From Lama glama (Eukaryota): a DNA stretch of 64,000 bases. The position numbers and the translations under genes are program-made. The notes beneath the pieces were generated by a model, which made no database searches, was not told the origin of the DNA, and worked only from the letters and a program-made list of their open reading frames with translations. The stretch lies in NCBI GenBank assembly GCA_028534125.1, contig CM052817.1:82896001-82960000 (forward strand). The letters are read 5' to 3'. The first letter of the stretch is position 1. The number at the start of each line of letters is the position of its first letter. Positions 1 to 12,086 of the stretch are shown here, in pieces.

Positions 1-290
1 TCCAAGCAAGGAGTTTCTCAGGTCAAAGGAATAGCTGGTGCAATGGTGCCAGACAAGACATGTTGATGCGACAAGGAGACCAACACCTCTGAAGATTAGA
101 GAGTAAGTTTACGAGACAAGCTACACAAAGCGAGGAGCTGGGCTTTCATTCTCTAAGTTATACGAGGAGTCACCTGAGTGCTTTACGTAGCAGAATGGCA
201 TGACCTAAATTTTACAAAGATCCTTCTACGTGGAGAATATTAGAAGGGGAGCAAGAGGAGAAACAGGGAGACTAGACAGTAGGTTATGAG
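1..290 (-). mobile_element. L2 LINE fragment (antisense)
   Basis: Purine-rich degenerate match to the antisense L2 3' region (ggagctgggctttcattctc...gcagaatggcatgacctaaattttacaaagatc...gcaagaggagaaacagggagac). Confidence 0.65.
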
Positions 291-589
291 TTTCATACTT
301 CTTCCTTCTTTCATTTAGTGCTCCTGTCCTGTCTTTTTTTATTTCCATCTTTTCAGAAAAAAAAAGTAAAAGAAAACTCTCAAAAAAAGAAAATCCTCTC
401 AAACGATATATAAGTTTCTGAAAACAGAAATCTCAATGTTTAATTTCTTATACTTAAGGCCTAGCAAGTTACCTGGTACATAATTGATGTTTAATAGCTA
501 ATTTTAAATGGTGAAGTCAAGTTGAAACATGAGTCATAACGTACGAGTTTAGTTAAAAAAAATCTGCTACAATTTCAGAATCTATCATC

Positions 590-1440
590 ATTTCTATTGT
601 AGCTTTAGTCTCTATTTCATTTATTTCTTCTCTGATCTTTATTATTTATTTCCTTCTATTAACTTTGAGTTTTGTTTCTTCTTTTTCTAGTGCCATTAGG
701 TGTAATTTTAGGTTGTTTATTTGAGATTTTTCTTGTATCCTGTATTGCTTTTGCAGGTGCTTTTGCTGCATCTCAAAGATTTGCATTGTGTGTTTACATT
801 TTAATTTGTCTCCAGGTGTTTTTTTGAAATTTCTTCTTTGATTTCATTAGTGGTTTTTTTTAGCATATTGTTTCACCTCCACGTTTGTGGTTTTTGCAGT
901 TTTCTTCCTTGCAGTTTACTTCTAGTCAGACCTTTGTGCTCAGAGAAGATGCTTAATGTAATTTCAGCCTTATTCTTAAGTTTATCGAGACTTTTTTGTG
1001 GTCTGGCACGCAATCTATCCTGAATAATGTTCAACATGTACTTGAAAACAATGTGTATTCTGTTGCTTTTGGATGGAAGGTTCTATATATATCTATTAAG
1101 GTCCTAAAGTGTCATTTTTAAGACCAATATTTTCTAACAGATTTTCTGTCTGGATGATCTGTCCACTGATGTAAGTGGGGTGTTAAAGTCCCTTACTAGT
1201 ATTGTTTTGTTGTCAATTTCTTCCTTTATGCGTGTTAACATCTGCTGTACATATTTATGTGCCCCTATGTTAGGTGTATATATATTTACAATTGTTACCT
1301 CTTATTGTTGGATTGATCCCTTTATCATTATGGGATGTCTTTCTTTGTCTCTTGTTACAGTCTTTGTTTTAAAGTATTCTTTGTCTAAGTATAGCTACTG
1401 CAGATATCTTTTTGTACCATTTGCAAAGAATACATTTCTT
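590..1440 (-). mobile_element. LINE-1 ORF2 fragment (endonuclease region), degenerate
   Basis: The minus strand reads L1 EN-like sequence (aaaacaaagactgtaacaagagacaaagaa...ataatgataaagggatcaatcc...gggactttaacaccccacttacatcagtggacagatcatccagacagaaaat, i.e. GDFNTPL). Stops and frameshifts are present. Confidence 0.92.
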
Positions 1441-2407
1441 GAGAGAGCTGATGGGTGGGGCCAATTCCCAGGGCTGCTGGTTGCAGGGGGCGAGGGACCC
1501 CCGGGCCAATACAGGTCCAGTGGTAGGTGGGACTGGGTCCCAAGTCAGCTGGCTGCACAGCCTGGGGAAATTGGGGCTAGTGCTGGCCCACTGAGGGGTG
1601 GAACCAGGTCCTAGCACAGCTGGCTGTGGGTGTCGAGGGGGCAAGAGCTGGTTCTAGCCCCCTGGTGAGCAAGGCCAAGTCCCAGGGTGGCTGGTTGTGG
1701 GGCCCAGGTGTGCCTAGGCATGGTGCTTGTCTACTGTTGGATAGGTAAGCCTCCCAGCACCAATAGGCTGGAATAAAGACTCCAAATTGGTGCTTGCCAT
1801 CATCATTGTCCTAATGGTAGGACAAGCTCCTCCAAAATGACTGCCACTGGCATCTGTGTCCCCAGGGGGAGTCCTACTTGCCTTCTGCCTCTCTGGGAGG
1901 CTCTCCAAGATTAGCAAGTGGGTCTGACCCAGGCTCTTTTCAAATTACTGCCTTGGCATTCAGACTCGGAGTGTGCGAGATTTTGCACACATCCATTAAA
2001 GCCAGGTCTATTTCTTGCAGCCTTCTTGCTCTCCTGAAAGTAAGCCCTCCTGGCCTCAAGGCCAGATGTTCTAGGGACTCATCTTCCCAGTGCAGCATTC
2101 CAAGCTAGGAGGCCTGATTTGGGACGTGGACACTTTGCTCCTTGGGGAAGACCTCTGCAATTGTGGTTATCCTCCTGTTTGTGGGTAGCCTATCCAGGGG
2201 TGTAGGTCTTGACTGTACCACATCTCTGTCCCTCCTACCCAGCTCATTGTGGTTCCTTCTTTATATCTTTATTTGGGGAAGATATTTCCTTCTAGTCTTC
2301 TGGTCGTTCTCATAGATAAGTACGCTGTAATTAGCTGTAATTTTGGTGCACCCATGGGAGGAGATGAGCTCAGGGTCTTCCCACTCTGCCACCTTGGCCA
2401 TACCTCT
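1441..2407 (-). mobile_element. LINE-1 5'UTR (laurasiatherian type) with a ~71-bp internal repeat array
   Basis: GC-rich block. The minus strand begins ccaaggtggcagagtgggaagaccctgagctcatctcctccc, typical of an L1 5' end with a degenerate YY1 site. Related units start near 1453, 1526, 1596 and 1667. Confidence 0.8.
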
Positions 2408-4149
2408 ATGTTACTTCACAATAAAAATTGAAAACAGCATTTCCTTAGCTTCATCCCTAATCATTCTGAAGATATTCTAGCTCACATAACAACCTTCCAA
2501 AGCCCAAGTTTGAGAGAACTGATGACTCTGTCTCGGCACCATCTTATAGCATTGCCAAAGTCTGGGGATCCCCCTCTCCAATTAAAGTAACACCAGTGAT
2601 GCTCCTGACATCTTTTAAGAAAGTGCTGTTGTATTGAGCTCCTAGCTTAGAACCAACCAGACTTGAATTCATGGATAGACTGGGTCACTACCATAGCATA
2701 CTGAGATCCACCTGTTTCTGCTTACCCTTATGTAGTTTTCTGAATCTAATATTTGTGCCTCAACCATCTTTTCCTTTATATTTGCTAAATTTGTCCTCAA
2801 GAGTCTATTTGGTTTTCCCTCAAACTTTCAAATATACATGATTTGAAACATTTAAAATCCTTGTATCAGTCTCCATTCTTCTTTACCATAAGCTACATCT
2901 CAGTTTCTCTCCACTACTTGTTGCATCCTGAAAGTGATCTACATCCAACTGTTAAGACTCTGTTACTTTTGTTTTCCCTACTGCCTAGAAAGCATATTCT
3001 ACTCATTCAACACTATATATGCCTTCACAACATATATACAATTTTGAAGATTTTCACAGACAAATAAAAACTTGGCCAATTAATTTGAGTAGTAAAAGGA
3101 AAAAAATCAGCCTCAAGTACAAAATAAAGAACAGACTTACTTTTTGTTGATGTTTTTCCTTTAAATTTTGGAAATCTTTGAAACAGTTTCAAAAAATTTT
3201 TCTCTTTTGCAACATAAAAAAACAAAAATTTGATTACTCTATTTTTAATCCAGAAATACTTCCATAGAGACAGATGAAAAGTATCATAGTTATCATTACT
3301 TTTCATGTCTTAATTGGAAAATAAATGTGAGGTCGTGGTCATACAATATTTTACAATCTTTTTTCTTCTTTTGTTCTGAAATATTCTTGGATACAGTTGA
3401 AAGAGAATGGCGACATATGGTCCATTAGTTTAAATGAGGTGGGGGAAGAACAGGACAGATTATTAATGATAATAATTTATACTTCTGTATCTATATGCTG
3501 TTGCCTTGATGAGAATTTGGCAGGCCTCGCAGTATAATGAAGTTTAAGGCTAAAGGCTGAAATATGACAAGAGAAATTTTTGAGTAAAAAGGAAAGCAAA
3601 GGAAAAGTATCCACATTGGATTTCTATGGACTTCCTATCTCTAGTTCTGTAATAAAACTCATCTGCTAGCAAGTAACACTTCTTATATGACTTCTCAAAC
3701 ATTGAATGAAAAGTATTTTTGGGGAATTGCTTGCTTCACCTTATGGTAATTTAATGGTTACTCCAATTTTAAGTAATTTGAAATAAAAATCTGGTATTTT
3801 TTTCTGAGTATTGAGAGTTGAATAGTCTTTGAACTATCAAGGGAAGAGTTGTGACTGGCTAACAATTCTCAAGAGTAATGACCAACTGGACTTCCCAGTT
3901 CACAGACTTCCTTGCAGAATAGAAATGTCAATGTCCTTACATCCTCACATATATAAAATACATAAAATAATCTGTTACTTTTGTGAATTTTCAGCCTTAT
4001 CATTTTCCTAAAATTTTTATTCCCTATTAAATGCTTTAAAAGTCCATGATTAAGTCATCACACTTATTTTTAATGTTTCCTGACACAGTACACACCCCAG
4101 TATCAGTTCATGTATAAACACTGTTGTATAAACAGCATCTGCAAAAAAC

Positions 4150-4369
4150 TAGGGGCCTTCAAACTTGTGTTGTTATTTTAGCAGTGGAATGCTTATTTTT
4201 TTCTAATGACAAAATAAATATTATAAAGGACTCCCTCCTCAGGAATGAAAAACCCATAACTATGCCACTCATTTCCCACCCACAGTTCTCTCCCAATCCC
4301 TGGCAGCAGCTCTGAGGGGCCCCTCCTGATGAACCTAGGAATCCTGGGAACTCATTCTGATATCCACTA
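4150..4369 (+). mobile_element. hAT-Charlie non-autonomous element, MER103C-like
   Basis: Ends resemble cagtggttttcaaact and gaaccctagggctcc...gaaaaccactg. Internal gcagcagctctgaggggcccctcc. Confidence 0.55.
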
Positions 4370-5032
4370 TTTCATAAAGTATTGAGAATGCACCCATCCT
4401 TTAGAGAATTAAAAGCAGTTCTCAACAATTATTTGAAAAAAGAAATTAACAGATCCTATAAGGAGGTTTGTAAAAAATTTTCTCTTAAATTTTTTCATTG
4501 TAAATAGAAATATAAGAAAGTGTTTTGTCAGTGCAAAAAAAAAAGAAAAGACTCGGCCAGTAATATGGAACTGTGGTCCTTGATTCAGCAAGCCTGAACA
4601 GCAGTTTAATTTGTCTGTTTACAGAGCTATGAAAATAATTCTCTATTTGTGTGCTGTAAAATAAAATGTATATATTTCACACAGCTGGGAAACAGAGTGT
4701 GTTCTCCAGAAGAGTTGGCAAAACAACTGAGCATTTTAATTGTTAATACTCTGAATTCATCTTTTCCCAGCCTTGTATTTAGGTGAGATGGTGATGCCAA
4801 AAATATTAAAGGGGATTAAAATGGCTTACTGGAAAACCCAAAGGATATAAATTGTTCTTAGCTAAGTGTGACATTTGGAAAATGCACTACAAATTTGTCA
4901 ACTCTTTTAAAGTGTAATAGAAGTGTGACCAATTTGACAGAATTAAGACAAAGATATGGCCCCGAACTTCCCTCTTGGCTTGTGGATTTGGTTCAGTGTT
5001 GCAGTTCCCCCGGATCAGGAACAAGCTCTCTG

Positions 5033-5114
5033 GTCACATGAGATTATATGATCCACCCAGAGTCAGTTAATAATCTGAACAGTAGCACTGTGCCCTGCTC
5101 TTAAAACATATAAA
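5033..5114 (+). promoter_or_regulatory. candidate promoter/enhancer motif cluster (E-box, HNF1-like, TATA)
   Basis: GTCACATGA at 5033-5041, GTTAATAATC at 5066-5075 and TATAAA at 5109-5114, in non-repeat DNA. Motif evidence only. Confidence 0.3.
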
Positions 5115-5823
5115 GCAGTTTGAGTTATAGACTTATGAACAAGTTTACAAAAAATTTTTTTAAAAAAAGGATGATGGGATCTTCTGTAATCTAATGACCT
5201 ATTCCTTATTCCATGTAATAATTACTTCCTTTGTCAAGTTGGAAATCCACAATCACTGGGTGCTAATTTGTAGACTGATGGCAATACACATAGCAAAGTA
5301 TTTGGTAACAAAAGCATACATAAAATGTAGAATATTTGTAGAACAAAGAATATGTAGAATATTGTTGACAATAACAGGCCCAGAAAAAAGGCTACAGTTA
5401 CAGTTAACCACAGCTGTTTTTTAAACTCTACTGTAATATTTCTGAAATCTTTAGGGATTCTATGTAGCATGAACAAATTTAAAATAAAGTGAAAATTAGG
5501 ACAATTATACAGTAACTCAATTTCCTTCAAAATATTCGCCCTGATTTTCTTACGTATTGTGAACAGAAATGCTGGTAAGACCTGCATTTTCCATATCATT
5601 GCCATCATTTTACAAATGTTGAGATTCTTAAGGTGAATTTCAGCAGAAACAAACAAACAAACAAAAGTTAAACCACACCTCTGCACAGAGAGTACTGAAG
5701 GAAAACTGAAGGTTAAAAGGAAAAGAATTTTTTAATTCTTATTTTTGCTATTTTCTCTCAAATAAAATGGGATACCAATTAGACTACAACATGAGTATGG
5801 TTAAGAGCTCATTAAAATCCTCT

Positions 5824-6063
5824 GAGGCAGTACAGGATATAGAATAATAACTAAACTTAAAGTCAGAAGCCATCGACTGAAGTTCTAGTTCAGCTACTTA
5901 CTGGTGGGATTCTAGCAAGACAATGAAGTCCTTACAAAATGAGAAAGGTAATGTCTGCCCAGCTTATCTCAGAATATTGTGATGATCAGAATAAAAGCAT
6001 AGTGATGGACATCAATATAATGGCCCTATACACTGTCAGACTTTACAAAATCAAGGTATTATT
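5824..6063 (+). mobile_element. MIR SINE
   Basis: gaggcagtacagg...agtcagaag...ttctagttcagctacttactgg...acaaaatgagaaaggtaatgtctgcccagcttatctcagaatattgtgatgatcag: MIR head and core. Confidence 0.7.
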
Positions 6064-6092
6064 TGCTGATTAGTAAGCAAAGGAGCTAGGTT

Positions 6093-6192
6093 TCAAATAC
6101 ATGCAAGTTAACTATAGAGTCTATGCCCAAAGCATCTCATATCAAATACATGCAAGTTAACTATAGAGTCTATGCCCAAAGCATCTCATATC
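6093..6192. repeat. perfect 49-bp tandem duplication
   Basis: tcaaatacatgcaagttaactatagagtctatgcccaaagcatctcata at 6093-6141 and 6142-6190, followed by tc. Confidence 0.97.
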
Positions 6193-7676
6193 TTCCCAGC
6201 ATCTCTGAGGAAGTAACTCTTAAGAGGAGACCTGAAAATGAGAAGAGAATTAAGAGAATTGGGGGCAGAAGAGAAACCAAATAGAAATATCTTGAGATGG
6301 GGAAGATATTCCTATACTACTTACGAACTGTATGAACTTTGTAAACTTTCCCTAATCTTAAACTTTTTCTGATCATTAATAATAAAGGTTTTAGCTCCAA
6401 TTTGGTAGTCGTCTATCCTGTTCAGATCCTGTTCATGCAACAACAACAAAAAAGCTAGAAAACCTGAAAATCAGTGACTTTTCTTGGAGTCATCAAGAAA
6501 TGAGACTGTAGGGTAAACTGCCACTCTGGAAATTGGAGAAACAGGCATATGCAGAGAGACACAGTCAAGATCAATATACCTGGTGTGAAAACTCCTGGAG
6601 CCACGAACTAGCAGTAACACTTAACTGGTCACTTTGACAAGTTTCTAGAGGTCAAGTGTGGACTAGCTTGAGAGTGAAAATCTCCTAGGTATGGTAGGCT
6701 TAGGGAGGCTCCCACAATCTCATTGGCTTTACTTCCAGGAACCCCACCAAGTGAATATCTGAGAAAGACCCCTTGTGGCTCTGGCAGGGATAAAAGAAGA
6801 ATAATCACTGTGAAATGCACAGACCCTTCTTCATAACAAAGGCCTACTCACAAGGGAGAATGATTTGGCTGGAGTCTTCTCTCAGGTGAAAAAAGGGCAT
6901 TCTTCCACTCTAGTCCCCTCTAGTCTTCTTGTCCCATTAAGGGGAAAAAGAAAAAGAAAACAGTTAACAGGGGCTGCAGCTTCAACAAAATGGATTAAAA
7001 TAATGACATCAGAGTAGGGAGTATGGGGGTCAGAGGAGAAGAGCAGTTATCACTGAAGAAACACTTGTCAAGATCACAGACTTGAGACACAGACATACTA
7101 AAACACTGATATATAGTCGGAAGATTATAGACTGCTCCTGTTCCTCCAAACCTTAGTACCACGCTAACAAGAATACAATATAAAATAGTGGATTAAAGAT
7201 GAAGAAGCTTCAGTTACACTGATGAGGAATGCTTAAGGAAGCCCAAATTTAAGAGGGGAGACAAAAACAAACACACTAGAGACACTCAACATCTCTAGCA
7301 GGTATAATTACATCAAACAGTAACCATAATCAAACTTCTAGCGAGAGGAAAATAAATTCCTACACTAAAGGTCAATTTACCTCCTTTCCTATTATCCAAT
7401 AAAACAGGCTTGGCTTTCAACAACAACAACAAAAGTTGCAAGTAATGCCAAAAAGCAAGTAAAAATGCAGTCTAAAGAGGTAAAGCAACTATCAGAAACA
7501 GATTCAGAGAGTGATATACATGTTGAAATTGCCACACAGAGAATTTAAAATAACTATGATTAACATGTTAAGGGCTAATGGAAAATAAGACAACAAGAAA
7601 GAACAGATGAGTAATGTAAGCAGAGAGATAACTCTAAGAAAGAATTTTTTAATGTATTTCCTTGGACCATACTATT

Positions 7677-7823
7677 CTTTTTTTATTGAAGTATAGTTGC
7701 TGTAAAATATTGTATAAGTTACAGGTGTACAATATAATGATTCACAATTTTTAAAGGTTACACTCCACTTATAGTTATTGTAAAATATTGGCCATATTCC
7801 CCATGTTATACAATATATCCTTT
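7677..7823 (-). mobile_element. 5'-truncated cetartiodactyl-type L1 3' end inserted in the old L1 ORF1
   Basis: Poly-T followed by attgaagtatagttg...ttcacaatttttaaaggttacactccacttatagttattgtaaaatattggccatattcccc. taagaaaga occurs on both sides (possible degenerate TSD). Confidence 0.85.
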
Positions 7824-8100
7824 TAAGAAAGATATTTTGAATTGCTAGAATTCCAAAATACTGGAACAAAAATGAAGAATGCTTTTGATAGGCTCAGCAG
7901 ATTTCACATGGCTGAGGAAGGAGTCAGTAGCTTCAAGACAGGTCTGTAGAAATCTCTTAACTAAAGTACACATAGAAACAAAAGAATGAAAAACAAGATC
8001 AGAACAGAACATCCAAAACAGACAATTTCAAAAGTTGCAGTATACACATGGTTGAATACCAGAAAAAGAAAGAATGGAGCAGGAAGAATACTGGAAGTAA

Positions 8101-8503
8101 TATAATCACAAATCTAACTTCACTGTTTGATTTCTGACATCTTTAATCCTCACTCTTTCCTCTTTCCCTTTGTGTCCCACATCTGGATAAGCCTACATGC
8201 TCCTTCCTTTAGGGCTAGCAGGAGGTTCACACCATGGCATAGAAACTTTCGTGCTGGCTCTATTCCCTAACCACCATAAAACCGCAACACAATTTCTTTT
8301 CCCAGCTCTCACAAGAACTGTAGCATTTGCTTGGGAGTTCTCTTGCTCTTTCTAGAAAGCCTCATTATGTGAGAAATAAAAATTTTCAGATCCTCCTCTG
8401 TGTGTGTCTGTGTGTGTGTGTCTGTGTGTTTGTTATCATCAGGATCAACTTTCCTATCAGATTTTGACCTGGCTCCATCCTGTCATTGAGGATGGGTCAC
8501 AAA
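8101..8503 (+). mobile_element. ERVL solo LTR (MER74/MER73/MER54 group)
   Basis: cccacatctggataagc, ccctaaccaccataaaac and agaaagcctcattatgtgagaaataaa are present. The 5-bp TSD AGTAA lies at 8096-8100 and 8504-8508, and removing the LTR restores L1 gaagtaataatgactgagaactttc. Confidence 0.8.
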
Positions 8504-9620
8504 AGTAATAATGACTGAGAACTTTCTAAAATCAATGACAGACACCAAATCAGAGATCTGGAAAGCTCAGAGAGTCCCTAATAGTATAAATATTCATACA
8601 CATCTCCGAAAAAAAAAAGAAAAAAGAAAAGAAAACCACTTAAGGATATCATACTCAAACATCAGGAAGACAAAGAAAACAAGGAAATCTTGAAAAAAAA
8701 GCCAGAGGGGAGAAAATCTTACCCACAGAGGAAAAAAGATAAGAATTAGAATGTAATTCTCATAACCATGGACGTAGGAGTGTAGAATAAAATATTTAAA
8801 GCGTTACAAGAAAATAACCCATCAACCTAGCATTCTATATCCAGTAAAATCATCCTCCAAAACTAGAGAAGTAGTAAAACTTTCCTCTACAAATACAAGT
8901 TGAGGGAATTCATCACCAACAGAATTGCCTTGCAAGAAATAGTTATAAAACTCTTCAGGAAAAATGAAAATAATACAGAAACTAAGATCTACATAAAGAA
9001 ATAAAGAACATTAGAGAAGGAATAAATTAAGGTAATATAAAATCCTTCATTTTTTATTCTTAAATTATCAAAAAGATAACTGTTTAAAGTAAAAATAATA
9101 ATAATGCACTGGGTGATTATAACATATGGATAATTGAAATGAATAACAGCAATGTCATAAGGAGGAAGAAAATGGGAACACTTTTTCATAGGATACTTAC
9201 AGTATATGGGAGTGGTATGGGATTATTTAAAGTTGATTTAGATTAGTTTAAAAAGTATATTGCAAATTCTGGGGCAATCACTAAGAATTTTATTAAAAGA
9301 AGTATAATTTATATGCCACCAAAAATCAAAAAATGAAATGGAATTTTATTAAATGCTTAATTAAAACAGCAGAAAAAGAGAGTGGGCGGGGAAGTGCAAA
9401 GGTAACAAACAGAAAACAGTTACAACCATGACAGATATTCATTGAAATGTATCAATAATCACTTTAAATGTGAATAACCCAATTAAAAGACAGATTATCA
9501 GAGTGGATTAAAAGGCAAGATCCAGCTACATGTTACCTAAGAAACTGACTTTAAATAGGTTAAGAGTAACTAGGTGGAGAAAGATATATCACGATAACAC
9601 TAAAAAGAAAGTTGGAGTAA

Positions 9621-10356
9621 AGGAACCCTTCTACATTGTTGGTGGGAATGTAAATTGGTGTTGCCACTATGGAGAACAGTATGGAGGTTCCTAAAAAACT
9701 AAAAACAGACCTACCATATGATCCAGCAATCCCACTCCTGAGCATATATCTGGAGAAAACTATAATTTGAAAAGGCACATGAACCTCAGTGTTCATAGGA
9801 GCACTATTTACAATAGCCAAGACATGAAAACAAACTAAATGTCCATCGACAGATGACTGGATAAAGATATGGCATATATACACAATGGAATATTACTCAT
9901 CCACAAAAAGGAATGAAATAATGCCATTTGCAGCAAAATGGATGGACATGGAGATTATCATACTAAGTGAAGTAAGCCAAAAAGAGAAAGACAAATATCA
10001 CTTATATGTGCAATCTTAAAAAAAAAAAAAGATACAAATTCTTTTCACAAACCAAAACAGACTCACAGACATAGAAAACAAACTATGGTTACCAAAGGGG
10101 AAAGGGCAGGAGAGGGATAAATTAGGAGTTTGGGATTAACAGATACACATTACTTAATGTAAAATAGACAAACAACAAGGACCTACTGTATAGAGCACGG
10201 AACTAGTTTCTTGTAATAACATATAAAGGAAAAGAATCTGAAAAGAAAAAGTATATATATGCATGTATATGTATAACCGAATTACTTTGCTCTATACCAG
10301 AAACTAACATTGTAAATCAACTATACTTCAATAAAATAAAAAATTAGAAAAAAAAG
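9621..10356 (+). mobile_element. younger 5'-truncated L1 (ORF2 end + 3'UTR + poly-A), cetartiodactyl type
   Basis: ccatatgatccagcaatcccactcctg...gggataaattaggagtttgggattaacagatac...aaatcaactatacttcaataaaa. The 15-bp TSD is agaaagttggagtaa (9606-9620) / agaaagttggaataa (10357-10371). Confidence 0.95.
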
Positions 10357-11507
10357 AGAAAGTTGGAATAACTATTAATTTCAGACAAAGTTGACTTTAA
10401 CACTAGGAATATTATCAAGAATAGAGACAGGGATGACATAATGACAAAGAGGTCAACTTATCAAAAAGACGTTAACAATCCTGTACCTGAATCCATCTAA
10501 CAGGTGAGCATCAAAATATAGAAGTCAAACATTTATAATATTAAAATAAGAAAAAGACAAATTCAGTACTATAGTTGGAGACTTCAACACCCCTCTGTTA
10601 GTAGTGATAGATTTAGCAGGCAGAAAATAAGTAAGGATGGTATGAAACATCACTATCAGTCAACTTGGTCTAACTGCAACAGCCCATCCATTAACAGCAA
10701 AATATGAATTCTTCATAAGCTTATACGGAATTGTCACCAAGACAGACCACATCCTGGGCCATAAAATATATTTTAAGAAATTTAAAAGAAGAGAAACTGT
10801 ACAAAGTATGTTCTATACCACAAAGGGAAATACATCACAATCTCACAAAGTATTTCTTTCAATTTTTTCTTTATTTTAATGTTACAAATGCTATTTTTCA
10901 AACTAAAATTCATTTCCCTATACATTTCCTCTATTTTTGGTTCCCTTAGGCTTTTGGACCTATAAACATTAAGTCTAACCTTCACTTTAAATGTCAGCCC
11001 TCCAGATATTTGAAGACATGACTTCACAAGCAGTTTTATCAACAGGAAATGTGTTCAGTCCTTTTGATCATTAAATATCTAGTCTCTAAATACTTAAACT
11101 CTTGGTGACTTTGCATACATTTTCAAACTTTCTCATATCCCATTAAAATACTGTAAGTGTTACAACACATGATGGAGATGAGATCTCCATTTAAGATGGC
11201 ACTTGAAACTATGAGTCTACAACCTCTTAAATTAAATAACAGAAATAATTCAATAGAAGAGGCCTATTTGTCCAAAAAGATCATTTTTTTCTATTAAATT
11301 TAAATTGAATAAACCTAGGTGGTTTCTTATGATGATTTAATGCTAAAGCCAAAGAAAGCATGTTCCGTACTTTATTCACCCAGTTAATTATTCATCAAAT
11401 ATTTTTTTCAATATTACATACATTTTCCATAAAATTTTAAGAGTCTACTTATACATGAGGTACATAGTAGGTAATCAGAAATTATTGCTTGAAAAATTAA
11501 ACCACTT

Positions 11508-11674
11508 GTTATGGTATCATTGTAGATTCAACAATTGTAACAAATGTATCCTCTGTTGAGGCACGTTAATAATAGGCTGTGCTTGTGTTGGGGCAGGGAG
11601 TAGATGGGACAGCTCTGTACATTTGCTCAATTTTGCAGTGAACTTAAAACTGCTTTAAAAGATAAATAATAAAA
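11508..11674 (+). mobile_element. L1MC/MD-type 3' end
   Basis: caattgtaacaaatgtatcctctg...gttaataatagg...ctctgtacatttgctcaattttgcagtgaacttaaaactgct, then an A-rich tail. Confidence 0.8.
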
Positions 11675-11739
11675 GCCTTAAAAAGAAGGGAAAAATGAAC
11701 TACTCACTACTCTATGAATTCTGATTCCATTTACATATG

Positions 11740-12086
11740 CAGGCATATCTCTGTGTCTAAGGGAGATTTTTTTTCCAGGACTTCCTGGAGATACCAAAAT
11801 CTGTGAGTGCTCAAGTCCTCATATAAAATGGTGTAGTATTTGCATGTAACTTAGGCGCATCCTCCCATATAATTTGAATCATCTCTACATTTCTTATAAT
11901 ATCTAATACAATTTAAATGTTATGTAAATAAATAGTTGTAAGTACAATGTAAATGCTATGTATACAGTTGCCAGCAAGTGACAAATTTGCTTTTTGGAAC
12001 TTTCTGGCTTTTTTTTTTCCTAATATTTTTGATCCAAGGTTGGTTGAATCCCTGATAGGTAACCTGTGGACACATAGGGCCAACTG
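11740..12086 (+). mobile_element. MER2B (TcMar-Tigger) MITE
   Basis: ttccaggacttcctggagataccaaaatctgtgagtgctcaagtcctcatataaaatggtgtagtatttgc...ttggttgaatcc...agggccaactg followed by TA. Confidence 0.9.

Larger units (their letters stand above)
6410..10823 (+). mobile_element. old L1M (L1MC/MD-like) 5'UTR-ORF1-ORF2 start, interrupted by three insertions
   Basis: ORF1-like motifs (gaatttaaaataactatgattaacatgttaagggct; atcaacctagcattctatatccagtaaaatcatcctcc) and ORF2 EN motifs (atcaataatcactttaaatgtgaat; gttggagacttcaacacccctct; accaagacagaccacatcctgggccataaaa) occur in collinear order. Confidence 0.85.

Noticed and set aside
838..2431. ORFs of up to 144 aa in the first 2.4 kb
   Set aside because: They are antisense or off-frame readings of the decayed L1 ORF2 and 5'UTR.
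5234..5686. Longest ORF in the window (150 aa, minus strand)
   Set aside because: Non-ATG start, F/L/I-rich composition expected from T-rich DNA, and no recognisable domain.
9560..9883. 107-aa minus-strand ORF
   Set aside because: A common antisense reading of the L1 3' region.
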